The translations under genes were made by a program, and so were the position numbers. Below, piece after piece: positions 1-14,233 of a DNA stretch of 64,000 nt. Position 1 is the stretch's first letter; each line of letters starts with the position of its first letter. The notes under the pieces were generated by a model that saw only the letters and a list, made by a program, of their open reading frames with translations, was not told the DNA's origin and did no database searches. The DNA comes from Eledone cirrhosa (taxonomy: Eukaryota): NCBI GenBank assembly GCA_964016885.1, contig OZ024743.1, positions 289,354,001 to 289,418,000 of the forward strand. The letters run 5' to 3'.

Positions 1-119
1 TGCCTTAACACCGTATGGCATAAATTCAGGCTGTTCAGTTTGTTTACAAACGAACAAAGCGGCGTTATAATAAGCGTCCGTAAACTGATACGTGCATATA
101 TGTATGTGTACCTGTATGC

Positions 120-168
<49 letters not shown>

Positions 169-385
169 TGCTACTGTACGTCTGTATACATATATGTATG
201 TACGTATACATGCATACTTACATATATATATATGTGTGTATGTGTATGTATGTGTATATATATATGTATATATACATAGGTATATAGGTATATAGATGTT
301 CATTAAAAGCAACAGAAGACACCGAACTGGAAACTTTCTTAACATTCTCTTCAGATGAGCGAAATCTATGCAAGGAGAATTACAT

Positions 386-669
386 CGTTATGTGGAGCGG
401 GGAGAACAAATTCTTGCTATGAAAAAATCAGGCGACTGATATTGTTTTTAAAATGGCTGAACAATTTCCAGCTACCATATATGGAAAATGATATTAATAG
501 TTGTAAAAGGATTACACATAATGATACTGAATATGTTAAAATCATTTTCCATATATGGTAGCTAGAAATCATTCGGCTATTCAAAAACGAATATTAATCG
601 CCTGGTTTTTTTCATAGCAAGAATATAATTGTTCCTAGCAAGAATTTGTTCCACCTGCTCCACATAGTG
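386..669. mobile_element. Fold-back MITE, nearly palindromic over its length, with CAC...GTG-type ends (CACTA/Chapaev-like)
   Basis: Left arm CGTTATGTGGAGCGGGGAGAACAAATTCTTGCTATGAAAAAATCAGGCGA...CAGCTACCATATATGGAAAATGAT is the reverse complement of the right arm ATCATTTTCCATATATGGTAGCT...TCGCCTGGTTTTTTTCATAGCAAGAA...GCTCCACATAGTG. ACAT flanks both sides (382-385, 670-673) as a 4-bp TSD. Confidence 0.75.
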
Positions 670-1211
670 ACATAATTCTCCTTGCATACATTTTGCTCTT
701 CTCAAGAGAACAACCTCCCGCACTACAGTTATTTCTTCCTGTTTTCTAAAGGCAATATTCGTTTTTAATTTTTTAAAAATATTTACTTAAGCGTCTACAG
801 ATAGATTTTTCTCATTTTCAGATGATATCATTTAGGATGAAAGGAGGAATCCATTACATAAACTTAATCTGTACCAATAATAAATGTAAATATATATATG
901 TGTGTGTGTGAGAGAGAGATTGTATGTATGTGCGTGTGTGTGTGTATGTGCATGCGCGTGCGTGCTTGTATGTGCGTGTATGTGTTGTGTGTGTATCCAA
1001 TATGGTTGACTAAATAAACAGGTGCTTTTTTTTCAAAATTTTCCGTCCCTTTTTCCTATCACTCATATTTTATTTCATCAGATATTTCTCACTATTTTCC
1101 GATAAAGCACTAGAGTCCAAACGTAAAGACATTTTTCTTGCTATATCAAGCGTTAAGCCGATATATTTCTTCTTTGTACTGTGTTATATACACTGTTGTT
1201 TCCGTTTACAT

Positions 1212-1498
<287 letters not shown>

Positions 1499-2303
1499 AA
1501 CGTGGGTCGATGGTACTACACATATATACATTTAGAAGCTGAATACACCTACGTACAACCCTGCCAAACAATACAAATGGTATTTGAGAAATTATAAACC
1601 AATCGAAAGGATGCCAATAGAAGCATAAAAATTGATGAAATAGTTAAAGGAAGAACACCATATACCAGCACATACATATTGATATACAAACTTACATATA
1701 CACACTGACTGATAATCATATGAACGTAAACACAAATACATACCAAGATACTGACACATACACACATTAAGGAATAGAGTACACATACACATCCACTATA
1801 TACACACATAAACACATACACATACATATATAAACTTACACATAACCACAAGCACATACACACGTACACATAAACGTTATATATATTTATACACATATAA
1901 TCACATACAAATACATACACACATTATAAATAAACACATACACACATTCACATGCACACACATACACATGCATATAAACACATATACATACATACATCAT
2001 ATGCACACACGTACACATGCATATGTACACATATATATACATACATACACGTTCACACCTGCTCAAACTAGGATATGATTAAATACATTGTTAGACATTT
2101 GTGTGTATGTCATGCTCATTTATGTGTGTGTATGGGTGGTCACTCACGGGTTTATGTTTATGGAATCGCACACTTGTGTGTATGTGCTCGCATGCGTGTG
2201 TGTCTGTGTGTTGGAGTACATATGTGAGTGTGTATATTTGTGTATGTGTGCATATGTGTGCAGGAAGGTCTCAGTGTATGTTTTCACACGGGTGTGTATA
2301 TGC

Positions 2304-2357
<54 letters not shown>

Positions 2358-2376
2358 TCATATATATGTGTGTGTG

Positions 2377-2466
<90 letters not shown>

Positions 2467-2699
2467 AGGGATGTTTATGCGTAATGCTGTTGTTATGTTT
2501 CGTTCGGGAAAATCCAGTGGAATGTTTTGTGTAAGTTTGGTACTATCAACTTTAAGTCTTGGGTGGTTTGCCATCAAAACCGTCGATTCATTTCGTTTTT
2601 ACATCCAGTGACGGTTGTTTTGGGTCTCTTAAAAGTTTTAAAACATTCCAAGTTGGATATCTAGTTAGTATATTCATTTGGTATATAGATAATTACATA

Positions 2700-2753
<54 letters not shown>

Positions 2754-2760
2754 ATATATA

Positions 2761-2808
<48 letters not shown>

Positions 2809-2956
2809 CGGGGCTTATATGCGAAACAATTATTTGAAGAGAAGAACACACACACACACATATATATATATATTCCCCACCCACTCTCAAGAGCGTGAAC
2901 CTAATAAACTTTTATTTGTACTGCCTCTCTGTTTTTGTTCCCGTCCAAGTTTTCAC

Positions 2957-2997
<41 letters not shown>

Positions 2998-3957
2998 GTG
3001 TACTTGTAAACACATGTATAGATAAGAACAAGAAAAAGAACGAGACTACTCAATACTAAATGCAGAGTAATATCTTCGTTTCCCTTATTCGGGTTATTAT
3101 GAAAGATGAATCGTTAGAGATATGTAGATAAAGGGAAAATCTTCGAATATCTAGTCAAGATTTCATTGCACCATTGGATAAGAAAGAAACGAAAAGGTCT
3201 TATTGGTTTCCCATTTAACGCGGTATACAATACACAAATAAAAAGAAAACGATATAAGGGGAACTCGGCGCGGAGAGCCGATTAGGTATAAGAGGAGCCA
3301 CAATCATCCTTTTAATTTCTTTCATGCTTTGAAAATCCATTATGGCTACGATAGATAAAAATGGGATACAGTTAGTTATGCATTGAATGTGTCTACAAGA
3401 CGTAGATTACGTGGAGAGATTGATGCGAATTTAATTCTTATCATTATAAAATTTAAGACTCCAAATTTACTAAAACTCTGGTAGCATATTTAATCTACGT
3501 AAATCGATTGTATAGCACACACCAACTCATATTCTTGTTTGTTTCCCACTTTGACAGTGTATGTTTGGTTGTATATATGTGGTTATGTATTATCTTGTGT
3601 ATAGATTCACAGACCACTATCATCAAGGCTTTGACATTGTGGTTGACCGCAGACCGAAGCGCAGTACTGCCGGTACATGTTGCTTCATGGTCCCAGCGGA
3701 TAAAATAGAGAAAGCATTATTCCAAAACTATATATTATCTTTATTACGAATTTCAATTTATAGTATTTTTTCACAGCATAAAATAGAAATTGTTCCTTTG
3801 CTACGCACCTAATTACATCTCGTGCTGCGTGGTTTGGTAGACATGGGGTTAGATAAAGGCCGGATTGTATCCCTCTTCCATGAGACGTAATGCGACTGAG
3901 AGTACACGTGTCATACCCGCTGGTGGAGACGTCAGTCCACCACAGAACTATCCTTTG

Positions 3958-4051
3958 GCTGCTGCTCTTTCTGCAATTGCTGCAGTTGCTGCTACTGCTG
4001 CTGCTGCTGCTGCTGCTGGTGCTGGTGCTGCTGCTGCTGCTGGTGGTGGTG
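3958..4051. repeat. (GCT)n/(GGT)n trinucleotide microsatellite
   Basis: Imperfect GCT run giving a poly-Ala translation with no protein-like flanks. Confidence 0.85.
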
Positions 4052-4634
4052 CAATTACTACTGGTATTAATTTTAAGCTAAGTGAAATTGTACAAAATAA
4101 AAGCGCAACTATTAAAATGGAAACCACGACCTTTAGAGAGTAAGCATAACAACCTTAACACAGGCACACAGATTTGGAAAGAAGAAGGGAGGAAAGCGTG
4201 ATTAAGAAGACTTGTAACTGGTGTAGATATGTAAATTGAAAATGATAAAAAAAAAAATTAAAATTTTATAAAGAAACGTATACAAATATGGGTGAGTGTC
4301 TGTATATGTATGTGAGTATATGAGAGGAAGAAAGGAAAGAAACGAATATATGTGAAAGAGTTTCATAAAGATAGCCATATTCAAAAGAAATATAACAACA
4401 TACATACTATGTGAGATCAACAAGATTTAACTAAATTTCATAAGGGAAGATATTTTCTGAGTAATTGCTTCTTTCCATCCCCCCCCCCCCTCTCTCATAC
4501 ACTTTTTCTTTCATACTCTCTTTCTTTTTCTCTCTCTATTACACTATTTCTTTCTTACTCTCCTCCTCTTTCTCATTCACTCCATTTATGTATTTTGAAA
4601 ATTTCTAAGGGATTGCTGGAATTATTTCTACCTC

Positions 4635-4710
<76 letters not shown>

Positions 4711-5516
4711 ATATATATATAACTATCCCTCTCTCTGGATATTTGAGTAAATTGGAAAATGTGTGTGTGTATGTATGTGTGTGTGTGTGCGTGAGCGCGC
4801 GCGCGCGTGTATGCGTGTGTGCGTATCTATCATACGTTGGAATTGTCAGTTCCTCGTTATTGTTAGAAACATCGGAATTCGGTCTTCTTAGCATGAATGA
4901 AGACCCACCATAACATATTACCTTAGCCATGTCATGTTAAAATAAAAATTAAAGTGACATACATTCCTATGTTTGCTAAACATCGTTTCAAACAACGTAT
5001 GTATATGTGCTGGGCTAAAGTACCGTCAATTTGTATGTATCTATATCAGTATGTACGTATGTATATATGTACATATTTGTATGTATCTATATAAGTAGAA
5101 ATATGTATCCGAAAGGCGTGTGTATGCGTGAAGATGTATATCTACGTCGTAAAACTGCCGTCAATGGTTATGTATCTAAATATGTATGAGCATAAATATA
5201 TGTGTGTATTTCTGTGTATGTAAGAGCATAAATGTGTATATATCTATATGTGCAGGTATGGGTGCGATTAATGTTTTAAAGCTGTGTATGGAGATAGAAG
5301 CGAATGCTATGTCAATATATATGTGTACGTATGGGGTGAAAGTGGTGTTAATAGGTATGGTACTATATTTGTATATGAGTGTGAATGTTTGTGATGGGAG
5401 TGGCGTTAATATGTATGTATCTGTATGTCTTTGTAAGGAGTAAAGTGGCATTTATGTATATCTATATGTGTTTTTATGTGGGGCAAAATATATCATTATG
5501 TACGTATCTATATATA

Positions 5517-5558
<42 letters not shown>

Positions 5559-5696
5559 CGTAAAAATGTATGTATCACTATAAGGGTATGCATGTATGGC
5601 AATGTGGCGTCAATATACATAAATGATCTGTCTCCTATTGGCCTTCAATATTTTAAATTTAATATTTTTACCCCTTTTTAAAGTTTATTATTATTC

Positions 5697-5894
5697 CGTG
5701 GATTGGTAGTATCGGTAGAGGGTCGGACGCTATGCTATGCTTCGCAGCAAAGAGTTACGGCCCTTTATGGTCTGAGCTCAAATCCCGCCGAGGTTAACTT
5801 TGCCTTTCATCCTTACGGGGGTCGATAAAATAAAGTACCAGTAATGTACTGGTTAATTGCTGGCCTTGTGCCAAAAGTAGAAACAATTATTATT
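5697..5894 (+). mobile_element. tRNA-derived SINE, copy 1 (Meta/MESC-like central domain, ATT tail)
   Basis: A-box-like TGGTAGTATCGGTAGA, B-box-like GAGCTCAAATCC, central GCCTTTCATCCTTACGGGGGTCGATAAAATAAAGTACCAG, 3' TGGCCTTGTGCCA and ATTATT tail. Near-identical copies at 34221, 48962 and 57939. Confidence 0.9.
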
Positions 5895-6411
5895 ACTTGT
5901 CTCCCTAGTTTTTTTTATTACCAACTGATACTTCCCCTAGCTATATAAGGACGTTTAAATTGAATATATATGGGTGTGGTTTAAATATTGTGTGAATGTA
6001 TATATTTGTACATATACAGTTATGTATCTATATGGGTATATATGGGAAAATGTGGTGCAAATGAATGTCTTTATATACATATATGTAGGGATGTGAATGC
6101 ACTTGTGTAGATAGGCTTGTGTTTGAATGCAAATGTAACGTAAATATTCATATTTGTTTATATACATATGTATACCTTGATGTTGGTGTTTAGCCTTGAT
6201 GTTGGTGTTTAAAGGGAAGAGGGAGGAAATGTACAGGCCTGTGATCATTGGAGCTGGGACCGTCTCGTCATTTTTATGTGTGCTGGGAATTCAGGACCAC
6301 TTTCTTTAATGTGACATTTCTAGAGAGAACGTCTGTGAATTGATGCATGCTGGGTTGCTAATTCTAGCAGGTTTAGCGATCAGGTAAAAACCCCTTCGTT
6401 GATTTGCATAT

Positions 6412-6459
<48 letters not shown>

Positions 6460-7114
6460 TCTCACTCTCCCCCTCTCTCTCTCCCTTTCTTTCTTTCCCT
6501 CTCTTTCTCTCTCTATCTGTGTTCTGTGTGTGGGTGGGTGTGCTAATGGAACGATAATGCCTATAATTTTATATAGACAAATACACAAAAAATACGCCCC
6601 ACCATGGCCTCAGTCGGATGGCTGGAACAGGTAAAAATTTAAAAAAGAGTAAACAGTGCTCATTTCAATAAAATACCATCGAATCTGCCCTTCCTTTAGC
6701 AATATCAGAACGTAACTAGAGCCCTCACAATCACTTAGGATTACTCATGGCGAATGTTCGTCTTTAGCAATGACTGATCATCCCCCTTAAAACATGAAAT
6801 TACTGACAATCTACAAATCTCAGACTGCAGAATTTATCCCCCATCTAAGACGGTGCTACTGCACCACAATCTGACGTTATAGCGAGTAAGCAGAAAAAAA
6901 CAAGACTCGATTAATTGGTATAAAATCTCTTATAGTTACACTTCCGCTTTTTGGACTACAGAAACGAAATCAGGTCGCTTTGGCTATTTTACCGCAATTA
7001 AAATGGTTTCTGCTCCTCGTATGTTATGCCACCTCCTCTCAGGCATCCCCGACTCGCTCATTGCCATCTTCGCATCACTCGTATTGTATCCAAACCTACA
7101 GACACCTCACTAAG

Positions 7115-7179
<65 letters not shown>

Positions 7180-7469
7180 TCAGCTTTTTCTACGGGAGTG
7201 GATTGTAACAGTTTCTTACTTGTGGAGTATCTAACTCTTTTGTTATATATGACTTTCGCCCCCTTCCTCCACATCTAAAAAATAAGACATTTGTACGAAT
7301 GAGATGCGAGTGTGTTTGTTAATCTATATGCCTATGAATGTGCTTGCGTGAGTATCATTTTCTAAAAGTGGATATATATGTATGCGAATGTAGTGTGAAT
7401 ATGAATGTTTGTCTATGCACGTGCGTACCTATCTGTACGAATGTGATATAAATGCTTTTTTTTATATAT

Positions 7470-7732
7470 CTCCACCGTCTCTTGTACCTACCACTAGGCC
7501 ACAGAGACAGCTACAAAATTCTGTTGAATATTAATACTTACTTTCAAAATTTTCAATACAAATTCATGTGGTGTCGTTCATGTCTTTCTGAATGTTATTG
7601 CTCTTACGTAAGGTCGGCTTCTAAATTATTTTGGTGTTCCATTAACTACATCCTCGTTTTGTTTCTCATCTATCTAGACTATATTTTAAGCTGTAATCCA
7701 TGTTTCTTTTCTATCGCACCTCATTTCTCCCC
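7470..7732. repeat. Partial copy (right half) of the palindromic tRNA-like repeat unit
   Basis: Aligns by eye to 8378-8640, 8956-9226 and 10636-10851. Confidence 0.8.
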
Positions 7733-7875
7733 GCCACCTTTCCCCCCTCTCTCTCTTTTTCTCTCTGTGTTATTTGTATCTACTATGATTTGGACATAAC
7801 GTATTCATATATATATGTTTTTGCATGTCAGTTAGATTCAAACTTACAATGAATGGCATTGTATGTGTGTGTGTG

Positions 7876-8013
<138 letters not shown>

Positions 8014-8029
8014 TTATTATTTTTTGTAA

Positions 8030-8640
8030 ATTATGAAATTTAATTAATTCAACAGTTAAACACACATAGGAATAATAAGGTTTTTACTAAAGAGACAAAA
8101 GATTGACAATATGATTAATAGCGCTAGGAAAGCCATGACCAACACCACATCTCTTTAACTTTGATTTTGAAAGTAGGTTTATAATTATCAATTTTTTTCT
8201 GTACGTTTGTAGCTGTCTCGGTGGCCTAGTTGGAGGAATCATAGACTGTGGTGATACTGTTGTGAAGTTCAATCCTGGTCGGTAAAACTTTTCAGTTTTT
8301 TTTTCTGTGGGAGGTAAAATACAAAGTGAAAAAGGTTACATGTACCTCTTGAACAGGATTGAACCTAACACCAGCATCTCCACCGTCTGTAGTACCTACC
8401 TCTAGGCCACATAGTCAGCTACAAAATTCTGTTGAAAATTCCTACTTATAAACCTACTTTCAAAATGTTCAATACAAATTCATGTGGTAACCTGTCTTTC
8501 TAAATGTTATTGCTCCTACGTAAGGTCGACTTCTAAATCATTTGGGTGTTCCATAACCTACATCAGCATTTTCTACTCTTCTATCTAGACTATATTTTAA
8601 CCTCTAATCCATGTTTCATTTCTATTGCACCTCATTCCCC
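8030..8640. repeat. Repeat unit with a ~300-bp imperfect palindrome (8165-8465) built from two convergent tRNA-like arms
   Basis: TTTTGAAAGTAGGTTTATAA at 8165 and TTATAAACCTACTTTCAAAA ending at 8465. Each arm carries GTGGCCTAG (A-box-like) and GTTCAATCC (B-box-like). Confidence 0.8.
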
Positions 8641-8726
8641 CCTCTGTCTCTCTCTCTCTCTCTCCCTCTATTTCTCTTTCTCTCTCTAATATTTAAATGT
8701 ACAATGTGGTCGGCTTACCTTATTCA

Positions 8727-9223
8727 TATTTTGAAAGTAGGTTTATAATTATCAATTTTCACTATACTTTTGTAGCTGTCTCGGCGGCCTAGTTGGAGGA
8801 ACCATAGAGAGTGGTGATCCTGGTCTGATGCTCAATTCTGGTTGGGAGTAGGGTTCCCGGTAAGCCTTTTCAGTTTTTTTCTCTGGGATGTAAAATAAAA
8901 AGTGAAAAATGCCTACATTTACCTCTTGACGAGGATTGAACCCAAGACCAGGGTCGCCACCGTCTCTTGAACCTACGACTATGCGACAGAGTCAGCAACG
9001 AAAATCTACTAAGAATTCATACTTATAAACCTACTTTCAAAATTTTCAATACAAAAATCATGTGGTGACCTTCTGTCTTTCTGAATGCTATTGCTCCTAC
9101 TCAAGGTCGACTTCTAAATCATTTGGGGTGTTCCATAACCTACATCCGCATTTTATTTCTCATCTATCTAGAATATATTTTAAGCTGTAACCCATGTTAC
9201 ATTTCTCTCTCACCTCATTTCTC

Positions 9224-9226
<3 letters not shown>
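8727..9226. repeat. Second full palindromic tRNA-like unit (palindrome 8729-9042)
   Basis: Same arms and same 3' flank ending in a (CT)n tract. Confidence 0.8.
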
Positions 9227-9277
<51 letters not shown>

Positions 9278-9384
9278 CTCTCTCTCTCTTTATCACTCTC
9301 TTTTCCTCTCTCTCTCTCTTTTTCTCCCCATGATATTGATTCTACTATATATATATATAACCCGGAATAACGTACCTATATATA

Positions 9385-9435
<51 letters not shown>

Positions 9436-9441
<6 letters not shown>

Positions 9442-10203
9442 ACTAGAAATTGATTGACATATATATATATCTAAAATAAACACATGAAACAATCACAGGC
9501 GATAATTTATAAAGTGTGTAGCACACACAGCTAGATAGGTAACTAATTAAAGTTTAACTAGAACTTCAAATATAGATACCTTTTAAAAATGATTAATCTT
9601 CCTTGTATATATTTCATTAAAGAAATATATTTCACCATTAATCACAATAGTCAAATCTGGATCTTCAGCAAGGGAGAAGATTTAACTATCTCTGTTTACA
9701 TATCAAATGCAAATCTGCGAATGACCCGTCGCACGTGTTGCATTTCTAAAACTACACACATCGTGCCCGCGTCATCCCAGTGGCGTGAATAGGATTATCG
9801 ACATCTAGAAATAGCAGCCGAGTCCTTTCAACTGAGTTAGCTCTACAATCAAGGGGCCGTGTATATATCCAAAATTAAATTAAGGTAGTCATGTCCGAGA
9901 TATGCGCCATATCCACTGTAGAATAAGCTCAAAGATTCCAATGAATAGATCCGAGCATTTTATATCAACTAGAAATTGATTGACATATATATATATATAT
10001 ATATATATAAAATAAATACATGAAAGAATCACAGGGGATAAATTGTAAAGTGTGTAAGCACACACAGCTTGGTAGGTAACTAATTAAAGTTTAACTAGAA
10101 CTTCAAATATAGATACCTTTTAAAAATGATTAATTGGAATATTTGATCTCATTCTACGGTGGATATGGCGCTTGTCTCTGACATGACTCCCTTAATTTAA
10201 TTT

Positions 10204-10206
<3 letters not shown>
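9436..10206. repeat. Local duplication with inversion
   Basis: ~9436-9597 is directly repeated at ~9961-10135; ~9870-9941 is present inverted at ~10135-10205. Confidence 0.8.
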
Positions 10207-10254
<48 letters not shown>

Positions 10255-10259
10255 TTGTT

Positions 10260-10851
10260 AAAATTATTAAATTAAATTAATTCAACAGTTAAACGCACGT
10301 AGGAATGATAGGTTGTTAACAAAGAGACAGAAGATTGACAAGTCCACCCTAAATATGACTAATAGCTCTAGGAAAGCCATGAATGACGTCACATATTTAA
10401 AACTTTGATTTTGAAAGTATGTTTATAATTATTAATTTTCATTATACTTTTGTAGCTGTCTCGGCAGCCTAGTTGGAGGAATTATAGAGGGTGGTGATGC
10501 TGCTCTAAAGCTCGATCCTGGTCAGAAGTAGGGGTTCTTGGTAAACCTTTTCAGTTTTATTCTATGGGATGTAAAATAAAAACTGAAAAAGATTATATGT
10601 ACTTGTTGACCAGGATTGAACCAAAGACTAGGAACTCCACCGTCTCTAGCACCTACCGGAGGCCACTGCGACAGCTACGAAATTCTACTGAAAATTCATA
10701 TTTATAAAAAAAATTTCAAAATTTTCAATACAAAATCGTGTGCTGTCGTTCATGTCTTTTTTAATCTTATTGCCCTTACTTAAGATCAACTTCTAAATTA
10801 TTTGGGTTTTCCATAAACGACACCCTTGTTTTGTTTCTCATCTGTCTGGAC
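10260..10851. repeat. Third full palindromic tRNA-like unit (palindrome 10409-10721), interrupted at its 3' end by the hAT transposon
   Basis: Same left flank as the 8030 copy; stops at GTCTGGAC, equivalent to ATCTAGAC in sister copies. Confidence 0.8.
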
Positions 10852-13180
10852 CAGGCATGGAAAACGTTTTTGCTCTTTGCAAGCACAACTGCGTCTCGCA
10901 CAAAGGTTTTTACAGCGCGAGCATGTTGTATCTTCGTAAAATAAAAAAAGAATTTTCGATACGATTGTTTTTTTGTTGTGCGATTTTTGTCAACTACTTT
11001 TAACTTCCGACGAGTAACGCGCAGCTCATTAAAAGTTGTAAACTGTTAAACATTTCAAATGTTTTTTTCTTTTAAAATGGCTAGTGTTCCTCCAGTTAAG
11101 AGAAAAAGGAAATTGAACGAAGAAGGGCAAGTGTTTCAAAAAAATGGGAATTACAGTATTTTTGCACAACGGTGAACGGAAAGATACACTGGTTAATTTG
11201 CAACAACTGCATTGCCACGCCAAAAAAGAACAATTTGAAAAGAGATTATGAAACGAACCATCGATCTTACGATAAATATAAAGGCCCAATGCGTGTTTCA
11301 AGACTCAAGGAATTGACGGCTAACTTGACACAGCAACAGACCTGTTTTATGTAAAGTCAGGAAGAGAATGTAGCTTCCGTTACTGCAAACTATGAACTCC
11401 GCCGAATGATCGCCATGCGTGGGAAATCTTACAGTGAAGGAGATTTTGTAAAGCAATGGCTTGTAAAAACATCTGAAATTGTATGCCCAAAGAAAGCACA
11501 GTTATTCAAAGACATTTCATTAACCAGGAACACTGTTGCTGAACGGATTGAAGAAATGTCAGGTGATCTGAAACAATAGTTGAAGACTGTATCATCAAGG
11601 TTTGAAATTTTTCTATTGCTATTCATGAGACCGTTGACATCACTGGAATATCACAGCTTGCATTCTTCTTCAGGGCCTGTGACAGCGAATTTAATATTCA
11701 TGAAGAACTGATTTAACTGGTCCCCATGCATGATACTATAATATGCCAGGACATCTTTCAGAAGGTCGAGCAGGTTCTGCATGGCTATGGTTTTGATTTT
11801 AGTAAACTTGCATGCTTATCTACTGCCGGTGCTGCGAATATGATTGGCAGACATAATGTTGTTACGAACGACAATAGAAAACTCGCATCCAGATTCATCA
11901 TTTGCACATTTTCACTGTATTATTCATCAGCAAAATTTGTGTTCAAAGTTTTTAAATTGCATCATGTGCTTAGCTTGGTCATAAAGACAGTGAACTATAT
12001 CAGAGGCCGTGCTTTCAACCGCCGTCAGTTCAGTCAGTTGTTGGAAGATATGGATAATCAGTTCACCGATGTTACATTCTATACAGAAGTCTGCTGGTTG
12101 TCATGTTACAAAGTGCTGAAAAAATTCTATTTGTTGAGACAAAAAATAATTATGTTTTGGGAGATGAAAGGTCAAAACACATGAAATAAAAGATCTGGTT
12201 TTTGCTGTGGATATTACGGCACAATTAATTGATCTTAATTTGAAATTACAAGGTAAAAACAAACTCATCACTCAGTTGTATCATGAAGTGTTTCATTATA
12301 AAACTAAGCTTATGGAAGTCACAGTCGTCAAATGAAAATTTAGTTCATTTTCCTACGTGCAAAGAGCTGAAAAACACTACCAATATTGATTCTAAACTTA
12401 GATTTGATAAGTATGACAGTCACCTGGAATTGTAGTCAAAGGAATTTCAGGAAAGATTTTGTGCTTTCACATCTTTCGAACATCAGTTTGCATTATTCTC
12501 AGCACCATTCACCTTTGGTGTTGCTAAGACAGAAGAAAGCCTGCAGATGGAACTATTGAAATGCAATGAGATTCTACTCTCAGAGCACAGTATCTTGAAG
12601 TGGGGATACCTGTTTTTTGTTCATATCTTCCTGAAAAGTTTAAAACTTCAGAAAGTTTGCCACATAGATTATGGCAATGTTTGGTTCAACCTATGTGTGT
12701 GAACAGTTATTTTCCTTCATAAAATTAACAAAAACTTCTCAGAGAACAAGGCTGACTAATCAACACTTGTCATCTCTGATCAAAGTCGGAACTGTACAGA
12801 CATTTCAACCAGACATACCAAAAATGATCAACAAAAAGAGGTGTCAAGCCTCAGGACAAAATACTAAAAATGGTTAAATAGTAGTAAATAAATGTTTAGT
12901 TTTTGTACAATGTATTTGTTGCTGTTGCAAGCTGCAAGTATATGTTGCCATTTAAAATTTTAGTTTTTTGTCAAACCACTTCATTACTTTGTATTCATGA
13001 ATGCTGCTAAAACATTTGTCTGTACATTGTATGTTTCTAAATTTAAGTAAGAAATTTTTCTGCAATAAATTTTATTAAATGACTAGTTGTAATGTGCACA
13101 ATTAGTTGTCATGAGCGGCCCTCAGACAACACATATGTGACCCATGCGGCCCTTGGGGGATCCTCAGTTTGACAGGCCTA
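10852..13180 (+). mobile_element. hAT DNA transposon, Charlie/Buster (GTF2IRD2-like) group, decayed
   Basis: Degenerate TIRs CAGGCATGGAAAAC / GTTTGACAGGCCTA, subterminal GCGGCCC repeats, insertion at an NTCTAGAN-type site, internal transposase remnants. Confidence 0.88.
11077..12877 (+). pseudogene. hAT transposase pseudogene
   Basis: Starts MASVPPVKRKRKLNEEG..., BED-like LIC...NLKRDYETNH, then LTRNTVAERI, HCIIHQQ, and C-terminal dimerisation motif MFGSTYVCEQLFSFIKLTKTSQRTRLT. Many stops and frameshifts. Confidence 0.9.
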
Positions 13181-13474
13181 TTGTATATATTTAGTATCTT
13201 GATATATTTAACTATTTTGTTCATTTTAAGGCTTTTATTATATTTTTAATTGACATATATATATATATCTGTTCTCTCTGGTATTAAGAATTTTCGGGTT
13301 AGTTGTGTTAGTAGTGGGGGGATTATAATTGTTTAGTTTCCTTTTGTTGTTATGTATCTTTGCCGGTCTGTGACTCATGGCAAGCGTTTTGCATTCACAT
13401 AACTATTCACTCGTTTACAAAAAAATATTACCCTCACCGACACCCACATAATTATGCATACACCGATACACAAA

Positions 13475-13559
<85 letters not shown>

Positions 13560-14143
13560 GGGAGGGGTGTGTGGGAGGAGAGCTGTGTATACCTGTAATT
13601 ATCAAATTGAAGAGAAATCCGAAAGAGACCACCCAGCGCTATACACAATCACGCACATCTGTTTGTACACCCACACATTCATTCATAAATACATACATGT
13701 ATACATGTATTCATATATGCGTAATACATACATACATACACGCATATACATATGTACATACAGACAGACATATATACGTACATACATACATACATACATA
13801 CATACATACATACATACATACATACATACATACATACATACATACATACATACATAAGCATTAATACAACATACATACAATGTGTATACATCATTTCGGT
13901 TAAACGTGGTAAGTGATGTTGTTTTGTCAACATAGGAAAAGAAGAAGAATGAAAGCATGAAAGCATAACATAATAAAAAAAAACATAGAAGAATGGATGA
14001 GAAAGAATCACAGACAAGACGACATAATAAATTAGAACCATGAGAATGTCTTAAATGCTTCTAGAATATCTGTTACACCAGAGACATCAGAGAGAGATCC
14101 TGCCATATGATAATTATGGGAACAACAAAGGTGACAGATGTAA

Positions 14144-14233
14144 TAGGCGAATTGGCAGTAATAGGCAAATTGGCAGTAATAGGCGAATTGCCAAGAATGG
14201 GCGAATTGAGAGTAACAGACGAATTACCAGAGA
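14144..14233. repeat. 18-bp minisatellite, 5 diverging units (TAGGCGAATTGGCAGTAA)
   Basis: Units start at 14144, 14162, 14180, 14198 and 14216. Confidence 0.85.

Noticed and set aside
355-561. 68-aa ORF after an acceptor-like TTCTCTTCAG
   Set aside because: It lies almost entirely within the fold-back MITE at 386-669.
2579-2615. Hammerhead-like hairpin on the minus strand (ACCGTC...GAAATGAATC-GACGGT)
   Set aside because: Stem I and GAAA..UC fit, but the CUGANGA box is absent.
3865-4143. Poly-Ala ORF resembling a transcription-factor tract
   Set aside because: (GCT)n microsatellite with no recognisable domain or splice context.
8211-8280. tRNA-like arm as a functional tRNA gene
   Set aside because: A and B boxes are present, but acceptor and anticodon stems do not pair cleanly and the copies are diverged.
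14144-14233. Short regularly spaced repeats as a CRISPR-like array
   Set aside because: Units are contiguous with no spacers, the context is eukaryotic, and there are no cas genes.
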